Both the position numbers and the translations under genes were made by a program. From Arenivirga flava (GTDB taxonomy: Bacteria; Actinomycetota; Actinomycetes; Actinomycetales; Microbacteriaceae), in the NCBI RefSeq assembly GCF_030161575.1, contig NZ_BSUL01000001.1, positions 1,591,809-1,655,808 of the forward strand: a DNA stretch of 64,000 nt, read 5' to 3'. The notes beneath the pieces are model-generated. The model searched no databases. It saw only the letters and a program-made list of their open reading frames with translations, and was not told the DNA's origin. Shown piece after piece: positions 48,547 through 58,306 of this stretch (its first letter is position 1; each line of letters opens with the position of its first letter).

Positions 48547-49407
48547 GTGACCTGGTCCGCCCCGCAGGACGCCCCGCCGACGGTGCGCATCGCCGCGCAC
48601 CGATCGACCATGCTGCCCAGCGAGCGCCGCGTCGCCGATGCGATCGCCGCGCAACCGGCGACGCTCGTCGAACTGACCGCGCAGGAGCTGGCCGAGCGCA
48701 TCGGCGTCGCCCGCACCACCGTGATCCGCGCCAGTCAGAGCCTGGGCTACGCCGGCTACACGCAGCTGCGGCTCGCGCTCACCAAGGAGCTGGCGCGCTC
48801 GGTCCCGGCACCGCGCACGGTCGGCGAGGGGATGCTCGGCCGCCTCCGCGCGGACGTCGAGGAGCTGGCCTCCGGCCTGCACCGCCTCGCCTCGACGCTC
48901 GACGAGGCGTCGATGCAGCGGGCGGTCGAGCTCGTCGCCGCCGCCCCGCGGGTGCTCGTCTTCGGCTCGGGGCTCTCCGCGACCATCGCCGAGGACCTCT
49001 CCATGCGGCTCACCGGGATCGGACGCACCGCGGAGTACCTGCTCGATCCGATCAGCCAGCAGATCGCCGCGGTGCAGCTACGCGACGGGGACGTCGCCCT
49101 CCTGGTGAGCGGATCGGGCGCGACGCAGTCGAGCCTCGCGGCAGCGCGAGCGGTCGCCGAGTCGCAGGGCTCGCTGGTGCTGATCACCTCGTTCGCCCGC
49201 TCCCCGATCGCCGAGCTCGCCGACGTGCGGCTCGTCGTCGGCCCGGTGCAGCAGGGCTTCCGCGACGAGCTGGTGCGCCGCACCCGCGTGCCCCACTCGA
49301 TCCTGGTGGAGTTCCTCGTCGACCGCGTCGGCGAGGCGCTGGGCCCGGAGGCCGCGGCGATGCACCTGCGCGCGATCGGCATCCTCGCCGACAACATCGG
49401 CGAGTAA
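48547..49407 (+). CDS. MurR/RpiR family transcriptional regulator (HTH plus SIS domain)
   Basis: HTH (…AQELAERIGVARTTVIRASQSLGYAGY…) followed by a SIS domain (…VLVFGSGLSATIAED…). GTG start assumed at 48547. Confidence 0.8.
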   Translation: MTWSAPQDAPPTVRIAAHRSTMLPSERRVADAIAAQPATLVELTAQELAERIGVARTTVIRASQSLGYAGYTQLRLALTKELARSVPAPRTVGEGMLGRLRADVEELASGLHRLASTLDEASMQRAVELVAAAPRVLVFGSGLSATIAEDLSMRLTGIGRTAEYLLDPISQQIAAVQLRDGDVALLVSGSGATQSSLAAARAVAESQGSLVLITSFARSPIAELADVRLVVGPVQQGFRDELVRRTRVPHSILVEFLVDRVGEALGPEAAAMHLRAIGILADNIGE

Positions 49408-49410
49408 CCG

Positions 49411-50522
49411 CTACTCGGCCGGGGACTCGGCGGCGACCTTCTCGAGGTCGCCCTTCAGCACGGCGAGCGTCGGCCCGGCGGGGTTGAAGAGCAGCCCCTC
49501 GACGCTCGGCGCGCTGAGCACCGAGCGGGCGTGCTTCGGGAACGGCACCGGCACGGCGAGGTGCTTGGGCGACCACGCCCACACCTCGGCCGGTGAGGTG
49601 AAGGCGGCGGCGTAGCTGCGGCCGTCGGGCGCCTTCACGCCGGCGACGGAGAGGTCCTTCGCGGCGGGCGGCTGCCCGTCGACGACCTCGCCCTTGCGCT
49701 CGACGGCCAGGAACACGGTCTCGGTCTCGGCGAGCACGCCGAGCACCGCGCCGAGGCGGCCCTCCGGCTTCGTGGCGAGGGCCTCCTTGAGCGCCTCGTT
49801 CGCGCCCGGCTCGACGGGCAGGCCGCGCACGATCTGGTCCTTCGGGATCACGATCGACGCGGAGCCGGAGCCCGCGTCCACGATCACGCCGTCGTACTGG
49901 TCGCGTGTGGCGAGGCGCAGCGCGCCGAGCGCCGGCTGCACCATCGACCGGACGACCTCGCCGTCCTTGTGCGCCTTGCGCAGCTCGGCGTTCGAGGTGA
50001 AGAGGAGCAGGAAGTTGCGGCCGTCGTCGGACCGGCGGCTGGCGACGGCGATGGTGGAATCGCGCTGCACCTTGCCGTCCTCGATCTTGAGCTCGGAGGC
50101 GCTGATGTCGAGCAGCAGCTGGCCGCGAGCGCCCTGGCGCAGCACGTCGGCGAGCGCCTGCGGGCTGTTGCCCCTGGCCCAGCGCTGCAGCGCGGCCGCC
50201 ACGTCGGCGTGGTGCGGGCCGACGGGGCCTTCGGCGCCTCGGGCACCGGCGCGCTCGGCATGGCGAAGGAGAGGTTGGCGGGATCGGAGCGGCCGACCGT
50301 CGTGGTCGTGAAGGGCATGCTCGGCTCGGCGGGCGCCTGCGGCTGCGGAGCGGGCGCCTGCGGCTGCTCGGCCTCGGGGGCCTCCGGCTGCGCATCGGGT
50401 CGCGGCTGCTCGGCGGGCGCCTGCGGCTGCTCGGCGTCGGGGGCCTCGGCCTCGCTCGCGGCGGCTTCCTGCGACGTGGGCTGCGACTCGGGCTCGCGCC
50501 GCTTGCGGTTGAAGAGTGCCAT
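49411..50522 (-). CDS. SseB-like domain protein with Pro/Ala/Glu-rich N-terminal linker; apparent frameshift near 50205-50240
   Basis: N-terminal MALFNRKRREPESQP…(PEAPEAEQPQAPAPQPQ)…SAPVPEAPKAPSA in one frame. The C-terminal domain (…NFLLLFTSNAELRK…AAFTSPAEVWAWSP…) is in another frame beginning …ADVAAALQRW. I cannot pin the junction. Confidence 0.45.
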
Positions 50523-50590
50523 TCGATCGACGCTACAGGCAGTGGGTGAACAGCTGATGCGCCCACCGCGAACAGCCCGGCGTCGGCCCG

Positions 50591-50657
50591 TGACTCAGCA
50601 CCGTCGCGACGACTCAGCAGCGTTCACGGCACTGACTTGTCGCGAACATGATGAGTC
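50591..50657. repeat. Fourth, degenerate copy of the 65-bp element found 3x at 7475-7936
   Basis: tgactcagcaccgtcgcgacgactcagcagcgttcacggcactgacttgtcgcgaacatgatgagtc, versus gactcagcacc…cgacgactcagcaccgcatccgctgctgacatgtcgcgaacgcactgagtc. Confidence 0.7.
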
Positions 50658-50712
50658 GCGGCTCGGGGGCGCGAAGTGCGTCGCGGCTCGGCGGTGCGCG
50701 GCGCGTCGCGGC

Positions 50713-51882
50713 TCAGTCGCGCGCGAAGAGCGCGGCCCGGTTGGGCGAGAGGGCGCTCCAGGCGAGGTCCGCGGGCTCGCCGAGCCGTGCATCCGCCTCG
50801 ACGATCTCGGCCGCGGCCAGGCGCCCCGCCGCCGCGGAGGTCTGGATGCCGTAGCCCGACTGCGCCGCGAGCCAGAAGAACGTCTCGACGTCGCCGTCGC
50901 GCCCCATCACCGGCAGGTGGTCGGGGCTGTCGACGCGCAGCCCGGTCCAGGCGCGGCGCACCTCGAGCTCGAGCTCGGTGAGCGCCTCGACCCGGCGCAG
51001 GGTCTCGGCGACGAGCTCCTCGCGGGGCTGCGCGTCCTCGGCGGCACTCGGCGCGTCCTCCATCGGCGAGGCCAGCAGGCCCTCCTCGTGCGGGCGGAAG
51101 TACACGCCGTCGCGGTCGTCGACGAACATCGGGGCATCGACGGGGATCGTCCCCCGCAGCGGCGCCGCGATCGCCACGGTGCGGCGCAGCGCCCGCAGCC
51201 CCCGCGGCCGCAGCCCGGCGAGGGACGCCACCTCGTCGGCCCAGGCTCCGGCGGCGTTCACGAGGTGACCGGTCGAGACGTCGCCGCCCTCGGTCTCGAG
51301 CACCCAGCTCGACCCGCGGCGCTGGATCTCGCGCACGCGCCAGCCGGTGAGGATGCGGGCGTCGCGCTCGCGGGCCATCTCCTCGTAGGCGCGCAGCAGC
51401 AGCGGTACGCGCACCTCCCTCGAGGCGTCGTCGATGGCCGCGCCGCGCAGGACGTCGCGGCGCAGGAACGGCAGCAGCTCGTGCGCGTGCTCGGGGTCGA
51501 TGCGGCGGAAGCCGCGGCCCTGGGCGAGCAGCGCCTCGATCGGGTCGGCCGGCGCCTCCGCCTCGCCGCGGGCGATCGCCGCGAGCTCGGCGGCTTCCGG
51601 CGCGACCGCGCCGACGACGAGCGGCCGCGGGCTGAGGATGCGCTCCCCCATCCGATCCTCGATGGCGGGCATCAGCTCGAGCGTCGCCGCCGTCAGGGCG
51701 CGCACCGGATCGGGACCGTAGCTCGGCTGCAGCTGCTGCGCCGAGCGCGAGCTCGTGTGCTGCGCGAGGCCGCGCTCCGCCTCGACGACGATCACGCTGG
51801 CCTCCTCGGCGAGCGCCGCCGCCAGCGAGAGGCCGGCGATGCCGCCGCCGATGATCGTCACGTCCGCGGTCAGCCTCGCCAT
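50713..51882 (-). CDS. FAD-dependent oxidoreductase (DAO/glycine-oxidase-like)
   Basis: MARLTADVTIIGGGIAGLSLAAAL… FAD Rossmann motif. About 390 aa DAO-family layout. ATG at 51882. Confidence 0.8.
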   Translation of the reverse strand: MARLTADVTIIGGGIAGLSLAAALAEEASVIVVEAERGLAQHTSSRSAQQLQPSYGPDPVRALTAATLELMPAIEDRMGERILSPRPLVVGAVAPEAAELAAIARGEAEAPADPIEALLAQGRGFRRIDPEHAHELLPFLRRDVLRGAAIDDASREVRVPLLLRAYEEMARERDARILTGWRVREIQRRGSSWVLETEGGDVSTGHLVNAAGAWADEVASLAGLRPRGLRALRRTVAIAAPLRGTIPVDAPMFVDDRDGVYFRPHEEGLLASPMEDAPSAAEDAQPREELVAETLRRVEALTELELEVRRAWTGLRVDSPDHLPVMGRDGDVETFFWLAAQSGYGIQTSAAAGRLAAAEIVEADARLGEPADLAWSALSPNRAALFARD

Positions 51883-52193
51883 GCCGCAACGGTACCGGCG
51901 CCGCCGGACGCTCCCGCGCATCCGCTCGCCGCGCCGCTCCGCGCCGACTCGCGTCGACCGGCACCGTGTCGAGGGGACGGCAGCTGCTCATCCCGCCCTC
52001 CCGAAGAGCGTCTACCGTCCCCTCGACCTCGGTCGACGCGGTGCGAGCGAGGATGGACGCGGTGCGAGCGGGAGTCGACGCGCTCGGGGTCGGGACGAGG
52101 AGCGCGAGGCCCGGGACGAGCGGCGCCCGGCACGAAGCGCCGGTACGCTCCCGGACGAGCGGACGCCCCCGCCGAACTACGATTGACGGGCCC

Positions 52194-55100
52194 ATGAGCG
52201 ACCTGACGATCACCTACCCGCCCGAGCTGCCCGTCAGCGCGCGCAAGGACGACATCGCCCGCGCGATCCGCGACCACCAGGTCGTGATCATCGCCGGCGC
52301 CACCGGGTCGGGCAAGACCACGCAGATCCCCAAGATCTGCCTCGAGCTGGGCCGGGAGTCGATCGGCCACACGCAGCCGCGCCGCATCGCCGCGCGCACG
52401 ATCGCCGAGCGCGTGGCGGAGGAGCTCGGCAGCGAGCTCGGCGGCCTCGTGGGCTACCAGGTGCGCTTCACCGACCAGGTGAGCGCCGACACGCGCATCA
52501 AGCTCATGACCGACGGCATCCTGCTCGCCGAGCTGCAGCGCGACCGCGACCTCAAGAAGTACGACACGATCATCATCGACGAGGCGCACGAGCGCAGCCT
52601 CACCGTCGACTTCTTGCTCGGCTACCTGCAGCGCCTGCTGCGCCGGCGCCCCGAGCTCAAGGTGATCGTGACGAGCGCGACGATCGACCCCGAGAGCTTC
52701 GCGCGCCACTTCGCCGACGCGAGCGGCGAGCCCGCCCCGATCATCGAGGTCTCCGGCCGCACCTTCCCCGTGGAGGTGCGCTACCGCCCGCTCGTCGCCG
52801 ACGCGGTCGAAAGCGACGATCCGGATGAGGACGGCAGCGCCGGCCAGGACCGCGACCTGAACGAGGCGGTCGCCGAGGCGATCGCCGAGCTCGGCGCCGA
52901 GGAGCCCGGCGACGTGCTCGTGTTCTTCAGCGGCGAGAACGAGATCAAGGATGCCGAGGAGCACCTGCGCGGGCGCCTGCCCGCCGGCACCGAGGTGCTG
53001 CCGCTCTACGGCCGCCTCTCCGCCGCCGAGCAGCACCGCGTCTTCGAGCGACGCGGGGCGACGGTGCGCCGCCGGATCGTGCTGTCGACCAACGTCGCCG
53101 AGACCTCCCTGACCGTGCCGGGCATCCGCTACGTCGTCGACACCGGCACCGCCCGCATCAGCCGCTACTCGACCCGCGCGAAGGTGCAGCGGCTGCCGAT
53201 CGAGGCGATCAGCCAGGCCAGCGCGAACCAGCGCTCGGGGCGGTCCGGGCGCACCAGCCCGGGCATCGCCATCCGCCTCTACTCGGAGGAGGACTTCGGC
53301 AAGCGCCCCGAGTACACCGAGCCGGAGATCCTGCGCACGAACCTCGCCGCGGTGATCCTGCAGATGATCTCGCTGGGCCTCGGCGAGATCGAGCAGTTCC
53401 CGTTCCTCACCCCGCCCGACTCGCGCGGCGTGCGGGACGGCCTCGGTCTGCTCACCGAGCTCGGCGCGATCGACAAGGATGCGCGCATCACCCGCATCGG
53501 CCGCGACCTGTCGCGCCTGCCGATCGATCCCCGCTTCGGGCGGATGGTCGTCGAGAGCCGCAAGCACGGCGTCAGCCGCGAGGTGCTCGCCATCGTCGCG
53601 GGGCTCAGCGTGCAGGACGTGCGCGAGCGGCCCGCCGAGCGCCGCGGCCATGCCGACCAGCTGCACGCGCGCTTCACGGACACGACGAGCGACTTCGTCA
53701 CGATGCTGAACCTCTGGAACCACCTGCAGGAGCGCCAGCGCGAGCTCGGCAGCAGCGCCTTCCGCCGCGAGGTGCGGGCCGAGTACCTGAACTACCTGCG
53801 CATCCGCGAGTGGCAGGACGTCTACCGCCAGCTCGCGCGCATGGCCCGGTCGTTGCAGCTCGAGGTCGGCGAGCCCAGCACCGACGCCGACGGCATCCAC
53901 AAGTCGCTGCTCGCCGGCCTCCTCGGCCAGATCGGCCTGCGCGACCAGGGCAAGAAGGACTACGCCGGGGCGCGCGGCACCCGCTTCGTGCTGTTCCCGG
54001 GCAGCGCGCTGTCGAAGGCGCAGCCGGCGGCGATCATGAGCGCCGAGCTCGTCGAGACGAGCCGCCTCTTCGCCCGGATGAACGCCGCCATCGACCCCGC
54101 CTGGGCCGAACCGATCGCGGGCGACCTGGTCAAGCGCACCTACAGCGAGCCGCGCTGGGAGCGCAGGCAGGGTGCCGTGATCGCGGACGAGCGGATCACC
54201 CTGTTCGGGGTGCCGATCGTGCCCCGCCGCAAGATCCAGTTCCGCCGGGTCGACCTCGACTACTCTCGCGACCTCTTCATCCGCCACGCCCTCGTGCAGG
54301 GCGAGTGGGACGAGCGCTACCCCTTCGAGCGGTCCAACGCGAAGCTGCGCCGCGAGCTCGAGCAGCTGGAGGAGCGCACCCGCCGCCGCGATCTGCTCTA
54401 CGACGACGAGGCCGTGTTCGCGTTCTTCGACGCGCGCATCCCGGCGGACGTGGCGACCGTGCGCGACTTCCAGGGCTGGTGGAAGACGCTGCCCGACCAG
54501 TCCATCCTCACCATGACGATGGACGACCTCGTCGAGCGGGAGGAGATCGACGAGCTCGCCGACGAGCGCGAGGCCTACCCCGAGCAGTGGCGCCAGGACG
54601 ACCAGGTGCTGCGGCTGCACTACCACTTCGAGCCCGGCGCCGACGACGACGGTGTGACCGTGATGGTGCCGCTCGCGCTGCTGCCGGGGCTGCGCGCCGA
54701 GGGCTTCGACTGGCAGGTGCCAGGGCTGCGCGAGGAGCTCGTGACCGCGCTCATCAAGACGCTGCCGAAGGGGATCCGCCGCAACGTGGTGCCCGCCGGC
54801 GACTGGGCGCGGCGCCTCCTCGCCGAGCACGTGCCCGCGGAGCCCGACGGGCGCGAGCTCGTGCAGGTGCTCGCCACCGCCATCCGCGCCGCCGCGCACA
54901 CCCCCGTCGAGCCGGGCGACTTCGACGTCGAACGGCTGCCCGCGCACCTGCGGGTCACGTTCCGCGCGGTCGACCAGCGCGGCCGCGCGGTGCGGAACGA
55001 GAAGGACCTCGCGGCGCTGCAGGCTGCGCTCGCCGAGCGCAGCCGCAGCAGCGTGGCGAAGGTCGCCGCCGCGGCGCCGAAGAACGACCTCGAGCGCAGC

Positions 55101-55958
55101 GGCATCGAGCGCTGGGACCTCGACGCGCTGCCGCAGGTGCTCGACACGAAGCAGCCCGGCGGCGTCGTGCGCGCCTACCCCTCGCTCGAGGACGACGGCC
55201 GGTCGGTCTCCATCCGGCTGCAGTCCACCCCCGAGGCGCAGCAGCGGGCGCACCGCCGCGGCGTGCTGCGCCTGCTGCAGCTGGCCACGCCGAGCCCCGC
55301 GGGCTACGTGCTCGAGCACCTGACCTCCAAGGAGAAGCTGCTGCTCGCGGCCGGGCCGTACCCCTCCGCCCGCGCGCTGATCGACGACGCGCTGGCTGCG
55401 TCCATCCGCTTCCTGGTCGATGAGCGGATGCAGGGCGCGCTCCCCTGGGACCGCGCCGCCTTCGACACCCTCCGCGAGCAGGTGAGCCAGGGCGTGCTGC
55501 CCACGCTCGACGCGACCATCGAGGTCGTGCTGCGCGTGCTCGGCGAGGCGCAGGCCGCCGAGAAGGCGCTCAAGGGCGGCACCAGCCTGGCGCTGCTGCC
55601 CGCGCTGAACGACGCGCGAGCGCAGCTGGCGGGCCTCGTGCATCCCGGCTTCGTCTCGGCCATCGGCGCCTCGCAGCTGCGGGAGGTGCCGCGCTACCTG
55701 CGCGGGCTGCAGCAGCGCCTGCAGCGGCTGGCGGAGAACCCGGGCCGGGATCGCGTCGGGCAGAACGAGGTCGAGTCGGCGACGCGGCTGTTCACCGAGG
55801 CCGGCGGCACGGTGCCGGTGCCAGCGGATGCGCCGGGACGCCTCGTGCGCACGCGCTGGCTGCTCGAGGAGCTGCGCGTGAGCGTCTTCGCGCAGACGCT
55901 CGGCACCGCCGAGCCGGCGTCGCTCAAGCGCGTGCGCCAGGCGCTGGACGGCAGGTGA
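52194..55958 (+). CDS. hrpA: ATP-dependent RNA helicase HrpA (DEAH-box)
   Basis: GATGSGKTTQ (Walker A), DEAH (IIIDEAHERS), HA2/OB domains and a long C-terminal extension. 1254 aa from the ATG at 52194. Confidence 0.9.
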   Translation: MSDLTITYPPELPVSARKDDIARAIRDHQVVIIAGATGSGKTTQIPKICLELGRESIGHTQPRRIAARTIAERVAEELGSELGGLVGYQVRFTDQVSADTRIKLMTDGILLAELQRDRDLKKYDTIIIDEAHERSLTVDFLLGYLQRLLRRRPELKVIVTSATIDPESFARHFADASGEPAPIIEVSGRTFPVEVRYRPLVADAVESDDPDEDGSAGQDRDLNEAVAEAIAELGAEEPGDVLVFFSGENEIKDAEEHLRGRLPAGTEVLPLYGRLSAAEQHRVFERRGATVRRRIVLSTNVAETSLTVPGIRYVVDTGTARISRYSTRAKVQRLPIEAISQASANQRSGRSGRTSPGIAIRLYSEEDFGKRPEYTEPEILRTNLAAVILQMISLGLGEIEQFPFLTPPDSRGVRDGLGLLTELGAIDKDARITRIGRDLSRLPIDPRFGRMVVESRKHGVSREVLAIVAGLSVQDVRERPAERRGHADQLHARFTDTTSDFVTMLNLWNHLQERQRELGSSAFRREVRAEYLNYLRIREWQDVYRQLARMARSLQLEVGEPSTDADGIHKSLLAGLLGQIGLRDQGKKDYAGARGTRFVLFPGSALSKAQPAAIMSAELVETSRLFARMNAAIDPAWAEPIAGDLVKRTYSEPRWERRQGAVIADERITLFGVPIVPRRKIQFRRVDLDYSRDLFIRHALVQGEWDERYPFERSNAKLRRELEQLEERTRRRDLLYDDEAVFAFFDARIPADVATVRDFQGWWKTLPDQSILTMTMDDLVEREEIDELADEREAYPEQWRQDDQVLRLHYHFEPGADDDGVTVMVPLALLPGLRAEGFDWQVPGLREELVTALIKTLPKGIRRNVVPAGDWARRLLAEHVPAEPDGRELVQVLATAIRAAAHTPVEPGDFDVERLPAHLRVTFRAVDQRGRAVRNEKDLAALQAALAERSRSSVAKVAAAAPKNDLERSGIERWDLDALPQVLDTKQPGGVVRAYPSLEDDGRSVSIRLQSTPEAQQRAHRRGVLRLLQLATPSPAGYVLEHLTSKEKLLLAAGPYPSARALIDDALAASIRFLVDERMQGALPWDRAAFDTLREQVSQGVLPTLDATIEVVLRVLGEAQAAEKALKGGTSLALLPALNDARAQLAGLVHPGFVSAIGASQLREVPRYLRGLQQRLQRLAENPGRDRVGQNEVESATRLFTEAGGTVPVPADAPGRLVRTRWLLEELRVSVFAQTLGTAEPASLKRVRQALDGR

Positions 55959-56100
55959 CCGAGCTGCGCACGGGCTGACGGCCGTCCGTCCCGGCGGTCC
56001 GCCGTCGAACCCCCTCGCGCTCCGCCCCGCCGTGTCCGCCGGCGCGGAGCGACTCGAGCAGCGCGCGCCGTCGCGGGATCACCGCGCTCTCCGGACAGCC

Positions 56101-56124
56101 CCGGGAACGAGGCCGCCGGTTCCC
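56101..56124. terminator. Candidate hrpA terminator hairpin (ccgggaacgaggccgccggttccc) followed by ttgtgg
   Basis: Direct reading. Modest stem. Confidence 0.3.
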
Positions 56125-56254
56125 TTGTGGCCGTCGGAAACGCGATTTATCCTCATGTCGCTCGGGCTCGGGAACCCGCGCATCCCCCGTCAGCTACCGA
56201 GGGCGGCTCGCGCCGTGCCCCGCCGAGCCGCGCTCGGAATCCAGGAGAACAGCC

Positions 56255-56746
56255 ATGTCCAACAGCGCTCACCGCGGCACGCCGCGCCGCCGCCCGGCGA
56301 TCATCGCCCTCATCAGCCTCGTCTCGGTCGTCGGCATCGGCACCGCGGCGTACGCGTACTGGACCACGACCGGCGGCGGCTCGGGTTCCGCTGCCACCGG
56401 TGCGGTCTCGACGGTCGAGATCGTGCAGACCAGTCAGGTGACCGACCTCGCGCCCGGCTCGGGCACGCAGGCGCTCTCGGGCACCTTCAACAACCCGAAC
56501 GATGCCGCCGTCGCGGTCGGCGCCGTCGAGGCCGAGGTCGTCGTCACCGGCGCCGGGGACTGCTCGGCGGACGACTACGTCATCACCGGCACCGGCGCGG
56601 TGACCGGCGACAGCGTCCCGGCGGGCACGGGCGTCGGTTCCTGGAGCGGCCTCGACATCGCCTTCGACAACGATCCCGTCCGCAACCAGGACGACTGCCA
56701 GGGCGCCACCATCACCATCGAGTACACCCTGACGCCGGGCAGCTGA
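56255..56746 (+). CDS. small secreted protein with SipW-cognate (TasA-class) signal peptide; TasA/camelysin-like core with a Cys pair
   Basis: N-terminal basic residues, hydrophobic core, and …GTAAYAYWTTTG (compare TasA GGTWAAFND). Early mature motif VEIVQTSQVTDLAPG (compare TasA FASGTLDL). The C-terminal WSGLDIAF…DCQGATITIEYTL is shared with the paralog at 58303. RBS ggagaa. Confidence 0.5.
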   Translation: MSNSAHRGTPRRRPAIIALISLVSVVGIGTAAYAYWTTTGGGSGSAATGAVSTVEIVQTSQVTDLAPGSGTQALSGTFNNPNDAAVAVGAVEAEVVVTGAGDCSADDYVITGTGAVTGDSVPAGTGVGSWSGLDIAFDNDPVRNQDDCQGATITIEYTLTPGS

Positions 56747-56789
56747 TCGAGGCGTCGTCGCCGGAGGACCCGGGCGCACACCGGCTCGC

Positions 56790-58306
56790 ATGATGAGGCA
56801 CTCGACATCGCGCCGCCGGCACGGTCGCCGAGCGGCGTCGTCGGGGAACCGTGTGCGACTCCTCCTCGTTCCGGCCGTGCTGCTGAGCCTCGCGCTGGGG
56901 CTGCCGAGCGGAGCGCTCGCCCACTGGACGGCCGAGGGCAGCGGCACCGGGACGGGTACCACCTCGGCTCTCGGAGCGCCGGTCGCCGAGGCCGCGCGCA
57001 TCGCCGGCACGAACACGATCGTCATCAGGTGGAGCCCGCCGGTCGCGAGCGTCGGCCACACGGCGTTCCATGTTCAGCGCTCGCCGGCGGGCGGTGCGAC
57101 GTGGGTCGACGCGTGCGGCTCCGACGCCGCGCCGATCCCGGGCACGTCCTGCTCGGACACCCCGACGTCGACGGGCACCTGGACCTACCGCGTCATCGCC
57201 CAGCAGGGCACCTGTCGCACGCCCAGCGACGAGACCGCGCCCATCGCCACCGACCACGTGCGCCCGACCGTCACCATCGAGCAGGCGACCGGACAGGCGG
57301 ACCCCACCCGCGCGCTCCCCATCCGCTTCGCCGTCGAGTTCAGCGAGGCCGTGACGGGATTCGACACCGGCGACGTCGCCATCGCCGGCACGGCCGACGT
57401 GACCGGGGCGACGGCGACGGTGACTCCGCAGACGGCGACGCGCTTCTCCGTCGAGGTCACCGGCGTCACGTCCAGTGCCCCCGCAGGGGCACGGTCGTGG
57501 CGTCCATCGCCGAAGGACGGGCTCGGGATGGCTTCGGCAACGGCAACGTCGCCTCCACGAGCGCAGACGCCACCGTGCTCTACGACCCCAGTCCTCCCGC
57601 GGTCCCGATCGCTCCCGATCTCACCGCAGCGACGGACACGAGCGCGCCATCGCTCATCGCGACGAACGGGCGCGCGGACGACATCACCCGTTCCGAGACC
57701 CTGACGTTCACCTCAGCCGAGGCCGTCCCCGCGACGACGCTGCCCGCCGACACGGCCGGGGGCAGCGTCCGCCTCTACCGGTCGACCACCGCGACCGGCG
57801 CGAGCGATCCCGCGCAGCCGGTAGCGATCGCCGAGATCGTGGGCGGGGGTTACACGCTGAGCGACCCCGGCTCGGCCGGGCTCGCCGACGGCACGTACCA
57901 CTACTCGGTCCGCCTCCTCGATCGAGCCGGCAACACGAGCGCGGAGAGCCCGCGGCTCGCCGTCACCCTGGACCGCAGCGCACCGGTGCCGTCGATGGCC
58001 TACACGCGGTCCATCGTCACCCTCGTCCCGCTGCTGGGCAGTGTGACGGTGGCGGGAACGGCACCGCACGCCCCGGGCGATCTGCTGCCGCTCGACATCC
58101 GCGTCTGCAGTGGCTCCTCCACCGGCTGCGCGACGGCGAGCACCGCGACCGTCATGGCCGATGCGTCGACCGGGTCGTACAGCTACACCACGGGATCCCT
58201 GCTCGGCGGCATCCTGTCGAGCAGCACGGCCCAGGTCTCGCAGTACGACCGAGCCGGCAATCGCGGCTCCAGCGCGCCGGTCACGTTGCCCGGCCTGCTC
58301 GGATGA
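56790..58306 (+). CDS. large secreted Ig-like/FN3-like repeat surface protein with SipW-cognate-type signal peptide; disrupted by a 1-nt deletion in a G4 run at 57486-57489
   Basis: Signal region …LLSLALGLPSGALAHWTAEGSGTG…. FN3-like segment (IVIRWSPP…TWTYRVIAQQ) and bacterial Ig-like repeats (…DHVRPTVTIEQATGQADPTRALPIRFAVEFSEAVTGFDTGDV…). The reading continues in the -1 frame after …TSSAPAG; adding one G restores the frame. ATGA overlap with the next gene. Confidence 0.55.
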
